Source: Planctomycetota bacterium (GTDB lineage: Bacteria; Planctomycetota; Planctomycetia; Planctomycetales; Planctomycetaceae). Taken from it: 64,000 nt of DNA. A program made the position numbers and the translations under genes. Below are positions 27,760 to 37,202 of the stretch, one piece after another. The stretch spans positions 166 through 64,165 of the forward strand of contig JANMEV010000377.1 in assembly GCA_031377305.1 (NCBI GenBank), written 5' to 3'. The first letter of the stretch is position 1. Each line of letters opens with the position of its first letter. The notes beneath the pieces are model-generated. The model searched no databases, had not been told where the DNA came from, and was given only the letters and a program-made list of their open reading frames with translations.

Positions 27760-28569
27760 TCAGGCGGCAATGTCTGCTTCATCGTCGGTATCATCCCCGG
27801 TCTCTGCAATGGCGGGAAATGTTCGCTGACGGCGAAGCGTGGCATAGTTCGGCAGGTCTTCGAGTCGTCGAAGGCCGAACATGGAAAGAAACTGGCGAGT
27901 GGTTTCGTACAGAAATGGGCGGCCGAGTGAATCGTCCTCGCCGCCAATGCGGACAAGGCTGCGATCCATAAGTTGGCGGATCATTTCGGCCGATTGAACT
28001 CCGCGAATCGCCTCAACGTCCGCTCGCGTGACCGGTTGTTGGTACGCAATGATTGTCAGCGTTTCCATCATGGGTGACGACAGCTTCATCTCGGCTTGAC
28101 GATTATGAAGCCGATCCAGCCAGGTCGATAGCGATGCTCGGGTCATCAGAATGTAGCCGGCTGCCGTTTGTTCAATGCGAAACGCCGACCGAGTTCGATC
28201 GTAGCTGTCGTTCAGGACCTGCGACAGTTGCTGAACTTCTTTAGCATCGATCAAGCGGGCAATCTGAGCCAACTTGCGAGCGGGAACGGCTCCGTCGGCA
28301 ATTAATAGTGCTGCTTCCAGGCGAGCGAGTCGAGTTGATCGCACGAGTCCGCCGTCAGGTAGCACCTGAAATGAACGTGGAACTGTTCGCTGGTTCCGAG
28401 CATCTCCGACGATCCAACGCAGGCGTTCTCGATCAGGAATCGGCGCTGGATTGAGGCTGCGGTCGCCGTTCCGTTGATATCCGTAGCTCGTGCTGGCTTT
28501 CAATTCCGACATGGCAGTATTGGCGGTTCTCTTTAGACAGGGAATGGACAAGCGTGCGGGTTGCAGCAA
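27760..28569 (-). CDS. scpB: segregation and condensation protein B
   Basis: LEAALLIADGAVPARKLAQI, ETLTIIAYQQPVTRADVEAIRGV and GRPFLYETTRQFLSMFGL motifs. The ATG at 28512 is an alternative start. Confidence 0.85.
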   Translation of the reverse strand: MLQPARLSIPCLKRTANTAMSELKASTSYGYQRNGDRSLNPAPIPDRERLRWIVGDARNQRTVPRSFQVLPDGGLVRSTRLARLEAALLIADGAVPARKLAQIARLIDAKEVQQLSQVLNDSYDRTRSAFRIEQTAAGYILMTRASLSTWLDRLHNRQAEMKLSSPMMETLTIIAYQQPVTRADVEAIRGVQSAEMIRQLMDRSLVRIGGEDDSLGRPFLYETTRQFLSMFGLRRLEDLPNYATLRRQRTFPAIAETGDDTDDEADIAA

Positions 28570-28572
28570 ATC

Positions 28573-29235
28573 TTACTGTCCGCGCTCCGCCTGCTCTGAC
28601 TGCCAGCGGGAAACCTGCTCCAGAACGCTGCGAGCACATTCGTCTCGCGTCTGACCGACAGCTTCGAATCGGTACCGCATCAGTTCTGTCGAGCCACGAA
28701 AGAAAACGGCAAATCCGACAGGCGACTTCGGGCCAGCCTCAAACCACATCGTTCGCAAGGCCCCTTGGGCATTTAGTTGTTCTACTATTTGTTCTGCAGA
28801 ACGCCCCGTAATTTCAGGCGGAGCTTCATCGGCAGGATCGATCTCAGTGGAAAGCGAATCCGGCGTCATGAATGGATCAACTTCCTCGCGACGTTTCGAC
28901 TTGCCGGAGCTTTGTTTTTCCTGTGGCTTCTGGTGTCTTGTGCTGCCGTTCGGTTTCTTGGTTTCTTCAGCGAAAATGTCGTCGAATTCCGGATCGATTC
29001 CGACTGACTTTTCTCGCGACTTCGGACGGTCGTGAAGTCCTGTTTCGAGATCGCTGAAATCGCTCAGAAGATCGTCGTCGGGATCAGGAGCATCAGCGCC
29101 ATCAGACGCATCAAGCGAGGTGGTGGAGACTCCCGGCAACTGCCCGGGCGGGCGCAACAACGCAATGGCGGGTACCACAATCAGTGGCAACGTCATTAAC
29201 AGCGTTGATAGTAAACCGCTGCGAGAGGAATCCAT
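28573..29235 (-). CDS. hypothetical N-terminally anchored acidic protein
   Basis: 220-aa ORF with a TM helix (LLSTLLMTLPLIVVPAIALL), a D/E/P-rich linker and a folded-looking C-terminus. It ends 3 nt before the scpB ORF, which suggests an operon. Confidence 0.55.
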   Translation of the reverse strand: MDSSRSGLLSTLLMTLPLIVVPAIALLRPPGQLPGVSTTSLDASDGADAPDPDDDLLSDFSDLETGLHDRPKSREKSVGIDPEFDDIFAEETKKPNGSTRHQKPQEKQSSGKSKRREEVDPFMTPDSLSTEIDPADEAPPEITGRSAEQIVEQLNAQGALRTMWFEAGPKSPVGFAVFFRGSTELMRYRFEAVGQTRDECARSVLEQVSRWQSEQAERGQ

Positions 29236-29665
29236 TCCCGCATTCCCATTTTCGAAAGGAAGTCAGCCACTCCATTGGGCAAATTCTGCCGGAGTTTACG
29301 ACAGATTGCCAAACGCCACAATTGCAGTTTCGAAAGGCAGATATCAGGTATTCCTCAAGAGTTCAGGGGGCAAGGGCGATTTGAGGGTTCATTCTGGTGA
29401 TAATCAATTCTCGAATTGAAACGTTGAATGAATTTGTTCAGTCTCCACCTCTCGAACTCTGTTGCGTATCATTCTTGCGGCAACTTTTACTGATGCCGAT
29501 GCCGATCAAACCGCGATTGACTAAAAACCAGGTTGCTATTGATTGCCAGCTTCATTTCGAATGCTGTAGCGCTTAGTCACCAGCAAAAACGGCCGGTTTG
29601 TTGATGGTGACGGAAACTTTAAGGGTCCTTTCGCCAGCCGGGTGAAACGAGAACAAGAGGAAAAA

Positions 29666-30472
29666 ATGTCAGGCACTCATCAAACTTCAAATCGCATTTC
29701 TCGCCGCAGTTTTTCCGCCGCGATCGCCGCGGCTGGCTTCTCTGCCTCTCGCTTCGTGCGTGCGGACGAAAAGACTGGTTCGAATGCCACTGAGCATCCC
29801 CTCGCTCCCGCTCTGAGACATGCAAAAGCATGTTTGGAAAAGACTCAGGCGATGAAGGGCTACGAATGCGTATTTGCCAAAAAGGAAGTTGTTGGCAAAG
29901 AAATGATTTCTCAGACGATGAAGATGAAGGTTCGTCAAGAGCCGTTTAGCGTCTACATGTATTTCCTTGAACCAACCAAGGGTCGCGAAGTTATTTTCGT
30001 CGAGGGCAAGAACGACAACAAACTGCAGGTTCACGAAACGGGCTTTGCATCGCTGATCGGCACGTTGTCGTTGTCTCCGGATGATCCGCGAGTAATGGCG
30101 GAAAACCGACATCCGATTACAAAGGCCGGTATCTCCAAGCTTCTTGAGAGCGTGATTGCTCAGTGGGAAGAGGAAACCAAGTTTGGCGAAACAAACGTGC
30201 AGTATTTTGAAGATGCCAAAGTCGGCGATTACAAGTGCCGAGTGATCGAAAGTAGTCATCCACAGCCTCGCAAACAGTTTCCACTCCACATGACTCGCCT
30301 GTGGATCGAAGAAAAGTCGGGCCTCGCGGTTCGAGTTCAGCAGTTTGGTTTCCCGACCAAGAAAGACCAGAAGCCGCCGATTGTGGAGGATTACTCCTTC
30401 ACCAATATCAAGCCCGAAATTCGGCTGTCAGATCGCGATTTCGACACAAATAATCCGAGCTACAACTACTAA
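29666..30472 (+). CDS. Tat-signal periplasmic protein, DUF1571/LolA-like
   Basis: GAGG lies 6 nt upstream of the ATG at 29666, while the ORF track begins at GTG 29642. Twin-arginine signal SRRSFSAAIAAAGF. The body (YECVFAKKEVVGKEM...VYMYFLEPTKGREVIFVEGKNDNKLQVHE) resembles the planctomycete DUF1571 family as I remember it. Confidence 0.65.
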   Translation: MSGTHQTSNRISRRSFSAAIAAAGFSASRFVRADEKTGSNATEHPLAPALRHAKACLEKTQAMKGYECVFAKKEVVGKEMISQTMKMKVRQEPFSVYMYFLEPTKGREVIFVEGKNDNKLQVHETGFASLIGTLSLSPDDPRVMAENRHPITKAGISKLLESVIAQWEEETKFGETNVQYFEDAKVGDYKCRVIESSHPQPRKQFPLHMTRLWIEEKSGLAVRVQQFGFPTKKDQKPPIVEDYSFTNIKPEIRLSDRDFDTNNPSYNY

Positions 30473-30955
30473 CCTGCGTCGGAGTTCACTGACAAAAATC
30501 AGATCCCGCTCTCCAACGAGACCGCGATCCTTTCATGGGTATGGCTGGCGGGCCGCAGGTTTCGCCCGAACTTGAACGGCAGTTAGTTGGCGGTTTTTGG
30601 CTGTCGTTTGTGGGACGCGCGTGACGTAGCGCCGCGCTCGCAAGTGTAGCAGTCTGAATACGCGGGGTTTACGACGGCGTTGCGAGGAGTTCGAAGTCGC
30701 GGCGTTGCGGAGGCGTCGCCACTGTCAGCTCGCTGAATTTCAGCACCGCTTGATTCGATACACACCGTATTGCGATCCAGTGTGGGCAGAGATCCTGCAC
30801 CAGATCCTGAAAGCTCTGGGCCGGGTAAACCGGATGCCGTGCGAAGAGTCGCATCCGTCGTGAGTACAGACTTTGATAGCGCCGCGGTAGCCGCCACCGA
30901 ACGTCGCGACTGCTGAGCAGTCTTGAGATCGGACGCACATGCAGATCGACTGACT

Positions 30956-31246
30956 TCAGGCTGCGAAACGCTGTTCCACCTGAGCGAGACTTTTGTCAGT
31001 CGCCACAAGTTGTTCGGCCGTCATCGTCTCTTTCGGAACGCTTGAACAAATCACGCACAAGCCACCGATCTCCGCTTCAGCCTTGATCTTTTCTTTACAG
31101 CGAGCGTAGGGGAAACTGGTTTCCGGGATAATCAGCTCGAAGTGTTTCTCCAACGTGCGCAGCCCAGTCACGCCGTGGAGAATTCTACGGAGTGTCGGCC
31201 ATCCGAGTGTTTGTGTTGTCTCGATGAAGATCCAGCGTTCGCGCAA
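30956..31246 (-). CDS. hypothetical small protein (start uncertain)
   Basis: 96-aa ORF directly downstream of the HPF-like gene. The annotated start overlaps that gene by 62 nt, so an internal start is likely. Confidence 0.35.
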   Translation of the reverse strand: MRERWIFIETTQTLGWPTLRRILHGVTGLRTLEKHFELIIPETSFPYARCKEKIKAEAEIGGLCVICSSVPKETMTAEQLVATDKSLAQVEQRFAA

Positions 31247-31520
31247 TTAATTTTGTTGCTCGGTCGGCAACGTTGGCCACGGCAGCTTCTACGGAAAGCT
31301 CGGTATCACCCAAAAGGATTTCACGACCATCCTCCAGCGTCAGCTTCAGCCGACAAAGTACATCGGTACCCCTCCGTGGCCCATCCACGTCGGTCAGCGT
31401 GATCTTTGCCGTCTGAATTCTGGAGCCGTATCGGCCAAACGCGAACTGAAGTCTTTGCTCGATTGACTCGAGTTGACTTTCAGTCAGCGGAACATTGCGG
31501 CTGTTGATCTGAATCTCCAT
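31185..31520 (-). CDS. HPF/RaiA-family ribosome-associated protein, short form (paralog 1)
   Basis: MEIQINSRNVPLTESQ...DVDGPRRGTDVLCRLKL...VEAAVANVADR, homologous along its length to the 36469-36801 product. The ORF is open to 31583, but conservation begins at the ATG at 31520. Confidence 0.75.
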   Translation of the reverse strand: MEIQINSRNVPLTESQLESIEQRLQFAFGRYGSRIQTAKITLTDVDGPRRGTDVLCRLKLTLEDGREILLGDTELSVEAAVANVADRATKLIARTLDLHRDNTNTRMADTP

Positions 31521-31596
31521 AATTTCACTTTCTGTGCGATGAAGCGACTGATTTGAGCCAAACATGCCGCGGGTTTTCCACAATCAACAAAAGCGC

Positions 31597-32019
31597 TCAT
31601 TCAGAGGCCTGGAAAAGACCGGGCCATGTCAACGACGTCACGACACCATTGGTCTGGAAGAACGGCAGCCATGGTTTCAATGATTTTGGGATTAACGGCA
31701 GTTCACTTGCATTCGGCTGATCAGTGTTCTCTGTGTGCAATTTAATCCCAATCCACGGCTCTCCCACTCTCCTCAGTTTGTCTTGCTTCGCCATAGAACC
31801 TGACAGGATCACGGAGCGGCTCCCGGCCGGAAGCTGAAACATGAAAATCATCTGACGGCGATGGGACCGGCGAGTGATGCAAATAGACTCATCCATTTCC
31901 AAAACGTCTCGACGACGTCGATTGGAATGACGCGCCACGACCTCTGCCTGTAACCACCCATCGTCGCACTTCAAAGATTTCCGTGTCGCCAGAGAGTGTT
32001 TGCTTACTGATGCATCCAT
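31597..32019 (-). CDS. hypothetical protein, first gene behind conserved upstream element A
   Basis: 140-aa ORF. Its ATG lies 82 nt from the conserved element, the same spacing as HPF paralog 2 (83 nt), which supports this start. Confidence 0.5.
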   Translation of the reverse strand: MDASVSKHSLATRKSLKCDDGWLQAEVVARHSNRRRRDVLEMDESICITRRSHRRQMIFMFQLPAGSRSVILSGSMAKQDKLRRVGEPWIGIKLHTENTDQPNASELPLIPKSLKPWLPFFQTNGVVTSLTWPGLFQASE

Positions 32020-32080
32020 GGTGGTCTGTTCCTTAAAACGTGTTGCTCATAATCCAATCAAGCAGAACATCCATCGGCAA

Positions 32081-32153
32081 AAGTATACGTGTTTCCGGAC
32101 AATTGACTAATTCAAATCTGTTTATTGATTCATTGATTAAATTGAAGTATTGT
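32081..32153. promoter_or_regulatory. conserved upstream element, copy A (divergent promoter/operator region)
   Basis: AATTGACTAATTCAAA (32101-32116), then 14 nt, then CATTGATTAAATTGAAGTATTGT (32131-32153). This matches 36884-36899 at 15/16 positions and 36914-36936 at 20/23, with identical spacing. It contains the direct repeat ATTGATT-C-ATTGATT and ends 8 nt before the LysR-family ATG. Confidence 0.6.
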
Positions 32154-32160
32154 TCGTAGT

Positions 32161-33060
32161 ATGGACTGGCTTAACTACCACCACCTGTTGTACTTCTGGA
32201 TGGTCGCTCGCGAAGGCACGATTTTGCGAGCGGCAGAAAAGTTGCACATTGGGCAGCCTGCGATCAGCACCCAGCTGCGCAGCCTGGAAGAGTCGCTGGG
32301 ACAGAAGCTGTTCCAGAAGTCCGGGCGAACGCTGGAGTTGACCGAAACAGGCAAGACTGTGTTTCGATATGCCGACGAGATTTTTTCGCTCGGTCGCGAA
32401 ATGGTCGACACGCTGAAAGGGCATCCTGTCGGCAAGCCGGTGCGATTCATCGTTGGCATTGTTGATGTGATGCCCAAACTCATGGCTCGTCGACTGCTGG
32501 AGCCGGCGTTACGACTGTCGGATGACCTGCGTATGATCTGCGTGGAAGACACTCTCGAAAAATTGCTGAGCGAGCTGATCCTGCACAATGTGGATATCGT
32601 GCTGTCGGACACGCCGGTCTCCGCTGCGTTCAAAGTTCGCGCCTACAATCATGCTCTCGGAGAGTCTGCGGTTGGGCTTTTTGCCACAAAGGAGCTGGCT
32701 CGCCGATATCGCAAAGGATTTCCGGATTCTCTGAATGGAGCCTCTTTTCTTCTTCCGACCCGCAGTTCGGCTCTACGACGATCCATAGATTCCTGGCTGG
32801 AAAGCAAAGATCTGCGACCACTGATTCGCGCGGAATTTGATGACACGGCACTTTTAAAGGCGTTCGGTCAGACGGGCGAAGGAATCTTCCCCGGCAGCCT
32901 CGCGATTCAGGATGAAATCAATCGGCAATACGAAGTCGAACTCGTCGGTGAAATGCAGGGTGTCCGAGAGCATTTCTTTGCCATCTCCGCCGAACGAAAG
33001 ATCAAGCATCCAGCGGTCCTTGCGATCGCTCGGACGGCAAGGTCTGATCAGTTTCTCTAA
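32161..33060 (+). CDS. LysR-family transcriptional regulator, NhaR-like
   Basis: The N-terminal wHTH LNYHHLLYFWMVAREGTILRAAEKLHIGQPAISTQLRSLEESLGQKLF resembles E. coli NhaR (INYNHLYYFWHV...). A typical LTTR co-inducer domain follows. Confidence 0.8.
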   Translation: MDWLNYHHLLYFWMVAREGTILRAAEKLHIGQPAISTQLRSLEESLGQKLFQKSGRTLELTETGKTVFRYADEIFSLGREMVDTLKGHPVGKPVRFIVGIVDVMPKLMARRLLEPALRLSDDLRMICVEDTLEKLLSELILHNVDIVLSDTPVSAAFKVRAYNHALGESAVGLFATKELARRYRKGFPDSLNGASFLLPTRSSALRRSIDSWLESKDLRPLIRAEFDDTALLKAFGQTGEGIFPGSLAIQDEINRQYEVELVGEMQGVREHFFAISAERKIKHPAVLAIARTARSDQFL

Positions 33061-33262
33061 GAACGAGTGGATGGTAGAAATTCCATTCTTGTGGTTCCTT
33101 CTGGGCTTGAGGTCCTTGGGCTTGCCATTTCCCTGGGGCTGCGCATGCTGGCGCCCTTTCGAAATTTTGAAGCAGCACTATGTTACAAACCGAGCTTAAA
33201 CGTGAGCCACGAAGTGGCGAACCGTAACGGTTTGTCGACAGCACTCGTAATGATCGCCAGTA

Positions 33263-34378
33263 TCACGCCGAAACGGAAAGCTCTTCGCCAAGCGATTCAG
33301 GAGTTCTTCCCTGCCGCAACGATCGCACGACACCCGTCAGCAGGGTAACCGCAGTCAGCGGCAAGACGATGCCGAGCATCACGAAAGAGAACGTGCGTTG
33401 GAAGCCTGGAGCTGTTTCCGCGATCACAAACGACGCGGTATAGGCACAGTAGTACGCGAGAAACATCACACTGTTCCAGCGGGAAATGATGTGCCCGACA
33501 AAGAAGACTGGCAGACAGGCAACCGCAACCGCGATCATCACCGGGATGTCCAGTTGAAACGCAGTTTCGGAGACTCTTACCCCATCCGCCGAGACAACGC
33601 TTGAGATCCCCAGCACACCGAGAATGTTAAAGATGTTGCTGCCCACAACATTGCCCACGGCGATGTCGCGTTCTCCCCGAATGGCAGCCATGATTGATGT
33701 TGCAAGCTCGGGCATTGAGGTTCCCGCAGCGACAATCGTCAGCCCGATAACCAGCTCAGACACTCCCAGTTGCCTGGCGATGACCATGGCGGAATCGACA
33801 AACCATTGAGAGCCCAGGACCAGCAGTCCAAGTCCCGCGGCCACCAGCAGAACGTTCACAACGACTTTCCCGCGGCCTTGAACCTCCTTCGCGAGCCCGA
33901 ACTCTGCTTCGTACTCAGCTTTGATTCCGGCCTGCTCCTTGCGGCTCGTCACAATCGCCATGACGGTGTATGCAATCAGACCTCCAACGAGCAACAGTCC
34001 GTCCAACTGTCCTATACCTCCGTCGAGGGCCATCACAAGGACAAGGGCTGAAGCCGCGATCATCAGCGGGACGTCGATACGAATCAACTGCTGCGAGACT
34101 CGTAACGGAACGATCATGGCCGCCAGACCAAGGATGAACAGCACATTGAAAATATTGCTGCCCACAACATTTCCGAGTGCAAGGTCGGGCTGCCCGGCGA
34201 GGGACGACTGCACGCTGACGACCATCTCCGGCGCACTGGTGCCGTACGCCACGACAGTAAGCCCCACAACCAACGGCGAAACACCCATCGCTATCGCAAG
34301 TCGCGATGAACCGCGCACCAGTAACTCGGCTCCAATAGTCAATACAACAAGTCCAAGCACTAACATCAGAATGACCAT
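33263..34378 (-). CDS. Ca2+/Na+ antiporter (CaCA/YrbG family)
   Basis: Ten or more TM segments and duplicated alpha-repeat motifs (GTSAPE...GNVVGSNIFN and GTSMPE...GNVVGSNIFN). Confidence 0.85.
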   Translation of the reverse strand: MVILMLVLGLVVLTIGAELLVRGSSRLAIAMGVSPLVVGLTVVAYGTSAPEMVVSVQSSLAGQPDLALGNVVGSNIFNVLFILGLAAMIVPLRVSQQLIRIDVPLMIAASALVLVMALDGGIGQLDGLLLVGGLIAYTVMAIVTSRKEQAGIKAEYEAEFGLAKEVQGRGKVVVNVLLVAAGLGLLVLGSQWFVDSAMVIARQLGVSELVIGLTIVAAGTSMPELATSIMAAIRGERDIAVGNVVGSNIFNILGVLGISSVVSADGVRVSETAFQLDIPVMIAVAVACLPVFFVGHIISRWNSVMFLAYYCAYTASFVIAETAPGFQRTFSFVMLGIVLPLTAVTLLTGVVRSLRQGRTPESLGEELSVSA

Positions 34379-34526
34379 CGTGAATTCCTTTGCAGATTGT
34401 GAATCTCTTCGCAGGAGGCCGGAATTGACTTCCTGAGCTATCGCAGCGGAAATCCCGTCGGCGAAGGGTCGGGGTACTGTTGGCCCGTCGCTCCGCCGAC
34501 GGGAATTTATTCGGCTTGGCTCGGCG

Positions 34527-35270
34527 TCACGACGCCTTCGTCACATCACGAGCAACTGGTTTCGCAGCTTTCATCTGCAGCAACTCAACGCCGAGGCAAA
34601 ATGCCATCGCGAAGTAGACGTACCCTTTTGGAATCGTCTGATGAAAGCCTTCGGCCACCAACAGAGTTCCGATCAGGAGCAGAAACGAGAGAGCCAGAAT
34701 CTTGAGTGCCGGATGCCGCTCTATGAAGCTGACGATCGCCTTCGAGAACACCAGCATCACCACTACCGAGATGACAATCGCCGTGATCATGACAGGAATC
34801 GGACGCTTCAGACCTTCCGTCAATCCGACAGCCGTGATCACAGAGTCCAGTGAAAACACAACATCCACAATGAGCACCTGAGTCAACACAGCCTTCAACG
34901 TTGTCACACCCAACGCGGCCGATTCGGGATCGCTGGCATGCTCAATCTTGCGATGGATCTCGTAAGTCGCCTTGCCCAAAAGGAAGAGTCCTCCCACAAC
35001 AAGAATGATGTCCTTGCCCGAGAAGCCAGTGCCGTAAACCAAGAACAGCGGCTGGTTCAACTGCATCACACCACCGATCGCCACAACCAGAATCGCGCGA
35101 GACACAACCGCCAGAGTCAGCCCCATCTTCCTCGCGTAGTCACGCTGAGACTCCGGGAGCTTCCCTGCCAGAATCGCTATGAAAATCACGTTGTCGATTC
35201 CCAGTACGACCTCAAGGGAAGTCAGTGTGAACAACGCGATGAGTGTCTCCGTCGAAAAGAAATCCAGCAT
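34527..35270 (-). CDS. TerC-family integral membrane protein
   Basis: LEVVLGIDNVIFIAIL and a second DSVITAVG motif. The ATG at 35270 lies 4 nt after the upstream gene's stop. The ORF track extends to 35345. Confidence 0.8.
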   Translation of the reverse strand: MLDFFSTETLIALFTLTSLEVVLGIDNVIFIAILAGKLPESQRDYARKMGLTLAVVSRAILVVAIGGVMQLNQPLFLVYGTGFSGKDIILVVGGLFLLGKATYEIHRKIEHASDPESAALGVTTLKAVLTQVLIVDVVFSLDSVITAVGLTEGLKRPIPVMITAIVISVVVMLVFSKAIVSFIERHPALKILALSFLLLIGTLLVAEGFHQTIPKGYVYFAMAFCLGVELLQMKAAKPVARDVTKAS

Positions 35271-35274
35271 TGTT

Positions 35275-36453
35275 TTACTGCTTTGTTCGTTCAAAAAGAG
35301 TCGAAAGTGTAGAAGGCGGCACGTCGTCTGGTTCTTCCAGATCAAGCGGACTTGTGACGTCGGGTGTGACAGTGTTGGCAGCGCGGATCATTGTGGATGG
35401 ATGCTCCTTGCTTGTCCGTTCTCGATCTCGGATCGCTTCTTCAGTTGCTAACCGCGCGATGCGAGTCGCCAGCAGTCCGTCCATCGCTGTCGGCATGTCT
35501 CGCAACTGGCCGGTCGAAAGTGCATGAGTGAATTCCGCGTGCATGCCGGCGAAGTTCTTCTCCGGATGCCATGCCAGCCAGTGCGTTCCATGCGAGTTTC
35601 GCAGCTCAAAGGAATGCTCCTCGCGGTTGTAGCGAATGACACCGTCAGACCCGATCAACTCATACTGGAAATGTGTTCGTGGATCACGAGATGTCGCGTT
35701 GTAAGAAAAACTGATCTCCACCATCGTGTGCGCCCCGCAGGCATGACCCATGTGCACATACAAATGATCGGGAGCCTGATAATCTTCTACCCAGACGCCG
35801 ATGCCTCGCTGCCATTCCACTTCGGAACCAAGCCACCAGCGAGCCAGATCAATCTGGTGAACTCCGCAGTCCACCATCGGTCCTCCTTCCAGCATTCGAC
35901 CGACACGCAGTGGACTGGCAATGCGTTCGCCCTTTTCGCTCCAGCTCCATTTGCCATGCAGATTCCAGAGGTAGCTGAGCCGCAGTGCACGAACTTCGCC
36001 GATGGCACCACTTCGAACCAGCCGATGAATCTCCTTCGCTGAACCACTGAAGCGGTAAGTAAATCCCGTGAACAACATTAACCCGGCTTCCTCCATCGTC
36101 TTGATCATGCGAGCGATGTCGGCCTCATTCATGGCCAATGGCTTCTCGCACAGCACATGCTTCCTGTACTTCGCAGCCTGCAGAACATTGGCGAGATGAA
36201 ACGGAGCCGGGGTGCAGATGACGACCGCATCAATGTCCGATTCCCAGAACGCCTGTTCGGTTGGGAAGGCATGCGGAATCTGGAACTTCGTCTGCAGCGC
36301 CAGAGCTCTGTTCCAGCTGACGTCGTAGACAGCGTGCAGACTGATACCCGCAACATGCTTGAGTGCCGGCATGTGGCCAAGTTCGGCGATCATACCACAT
36401 CCCAGGACACCAATTTTCTTCGCGATCATGGCCAGAATCTCAATCCGTTTCAA
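35275..36453 (-). CDS. Gfo/Idh/MocA-family NAD(P)-dependent oxidoreductase
   Basis: Rossmann N-terminus IGVLGCGMIAELGHMPAL and an EKP motif (HVLCEKPLA). Alternative start at the ATG at 36429. Confidence 0.8.
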   Translation of the reverse strand: MKRIEILAMIAKKIGVLGCGMIAELGHMPALKHVAGISLHAVYDVSWNRALALQTKFQIPHAFPTEQAFWESDIDAVVICTPAPFHLANVLQAAKYRKHVLCEKPLAMNEADIARMIKTMEEAGLMLFTGFTYRFSGSAKEIHRLVRSGAIGEVRALRLSYLWNLHGKWSWSEKGERIASPLRVGRMLEGGPMVDCGVHQIDLARWWLGSEVEWQRGIGVWVEDYQAPDHLYVHMGHACGAHTMVEISFSYNATSRDPRTHFQYELIGSDGVIRYNREEHSFELRNSHGTHWLAWHPEKNFAGMHAEFTHALSTGQLRDMPTAMDGLLATRIARLATEEAIRDRERTSKEHPSTMIRAANTVTPDVTSPLDLEEPDDVPPSTLSTLFERTKQ

Positions 36454-36468
36454 GTCAACGTTGCCGTC

Positions 36469-36801
36469 CTATTGCCCTGACATCGAGGTGCCCTGAGAAT
36501 CGCGAAGCCGATCGATTCGTCTCGATACAGCAAGTGCCGCTCGATCTGCAGTCTCGGCAATGATGGCTTCCACCGAAACACCCTTGCTTTCCACAAGCAG
36601 TTCTCCCTTTCCATCAAGCACAATCTTCATTCGACACTGAAGATCGTCACCACCCTTCGGTCCGTTCACGTCGCTGATTGACACGTCAATGGTTCTTATG
36701 TGGGAAAAAAATCGATCGAATGCATGCTGCAAACTTCGATCGACATAATCCCGTTGATCAGCAGTGATGCCTACGTTTCGATCCAGAATTTGAACGTCCA
36801 T
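36469..36801 (-). CDS. HPF/RaiA-family ribosome-associated protein, short form (paralog 2)
   Basis: MDVQILDRNVGITADQ...DVNGPKGGDDLQCRMKI...VEAIIAETADR. First gene of a three-gene same-strand cluster. Confidence 0.75.
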   Translation of the reverse strand: MDVQILDRNVGITADQRDYVDRSLQHAFDRFFSHIRTIDVSISDVNGPKGGDDLQCRMKIVLDGKGELLVESKGVSVEAIIAETADRAALAVSRRIDRLRDSQGTSMSGQ

Positions 36802-36863
36802 TGTTGAGCCCTTCTTTTGAACACGTCGATCGGAATTGTGGTCTGCGAAAATCGCACACGCGG

Positions 36864-36936
36864 AAGTCTATCTGCATCTCGGAAATTGACTATTTCAAAC
36901 TTAATCAACAATGCATTGATTAAACTGAACTGTTGT
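36864..36936. promoter_or_regulatory. conserved upstream element, copy B
   Basis: Same two blocks as copy A. It also contains the interrupted dyad TTAATCAA-N7-TTGATTAA (36901-36923). Block 1 starts 83 nt upstream of the HPF paralog 2 start codon. Confidence 0.6.
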
Positions 36937-37202
36937 CAGAACCTCGTTCAAGCGGTCTGAGACCGAACCGCGTTCGGCCGATGGCCGATGAAACATTTGC
37001 GATGCGGATTTGTCTTCAGAACGTGTACAAAAATTCAAACGGTGGAGCAGCCAGGCATCGTGGCCATGCCGCTCTTTTGGCTTGTGGCGTCGCGGCAACC
37101 GATACAGAGTCTTCATGGAACCTGTCAGACGGCCGATTCAACAGCACCTATGGCCATTCTCTGGTTCGAAACTCAGACTGCGTCCCCATCACCGATGTGA
37201 AG

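Noticed and set aside
30583-31008. Minus-strand ORFs 30583-31008, 30669-30938 and 30740-30940 downstream of the HPF1 operon.
   Set aside because: These are three mutually overlapping frames with Arg/Ser-rich translations and no motifs. One of them (30669-30938) could be a real small gene, but I cannot support it from sequence alone.
37140-37160. tRNA-like T-loop strings (GGTTCGAAAC at about 37146 and GTTCGAATCCC at about 56908).
   Set aside because: No complementary T-stem, acceptor stem or anticodon arm can be drawn around either. I see no tRNA in the window.
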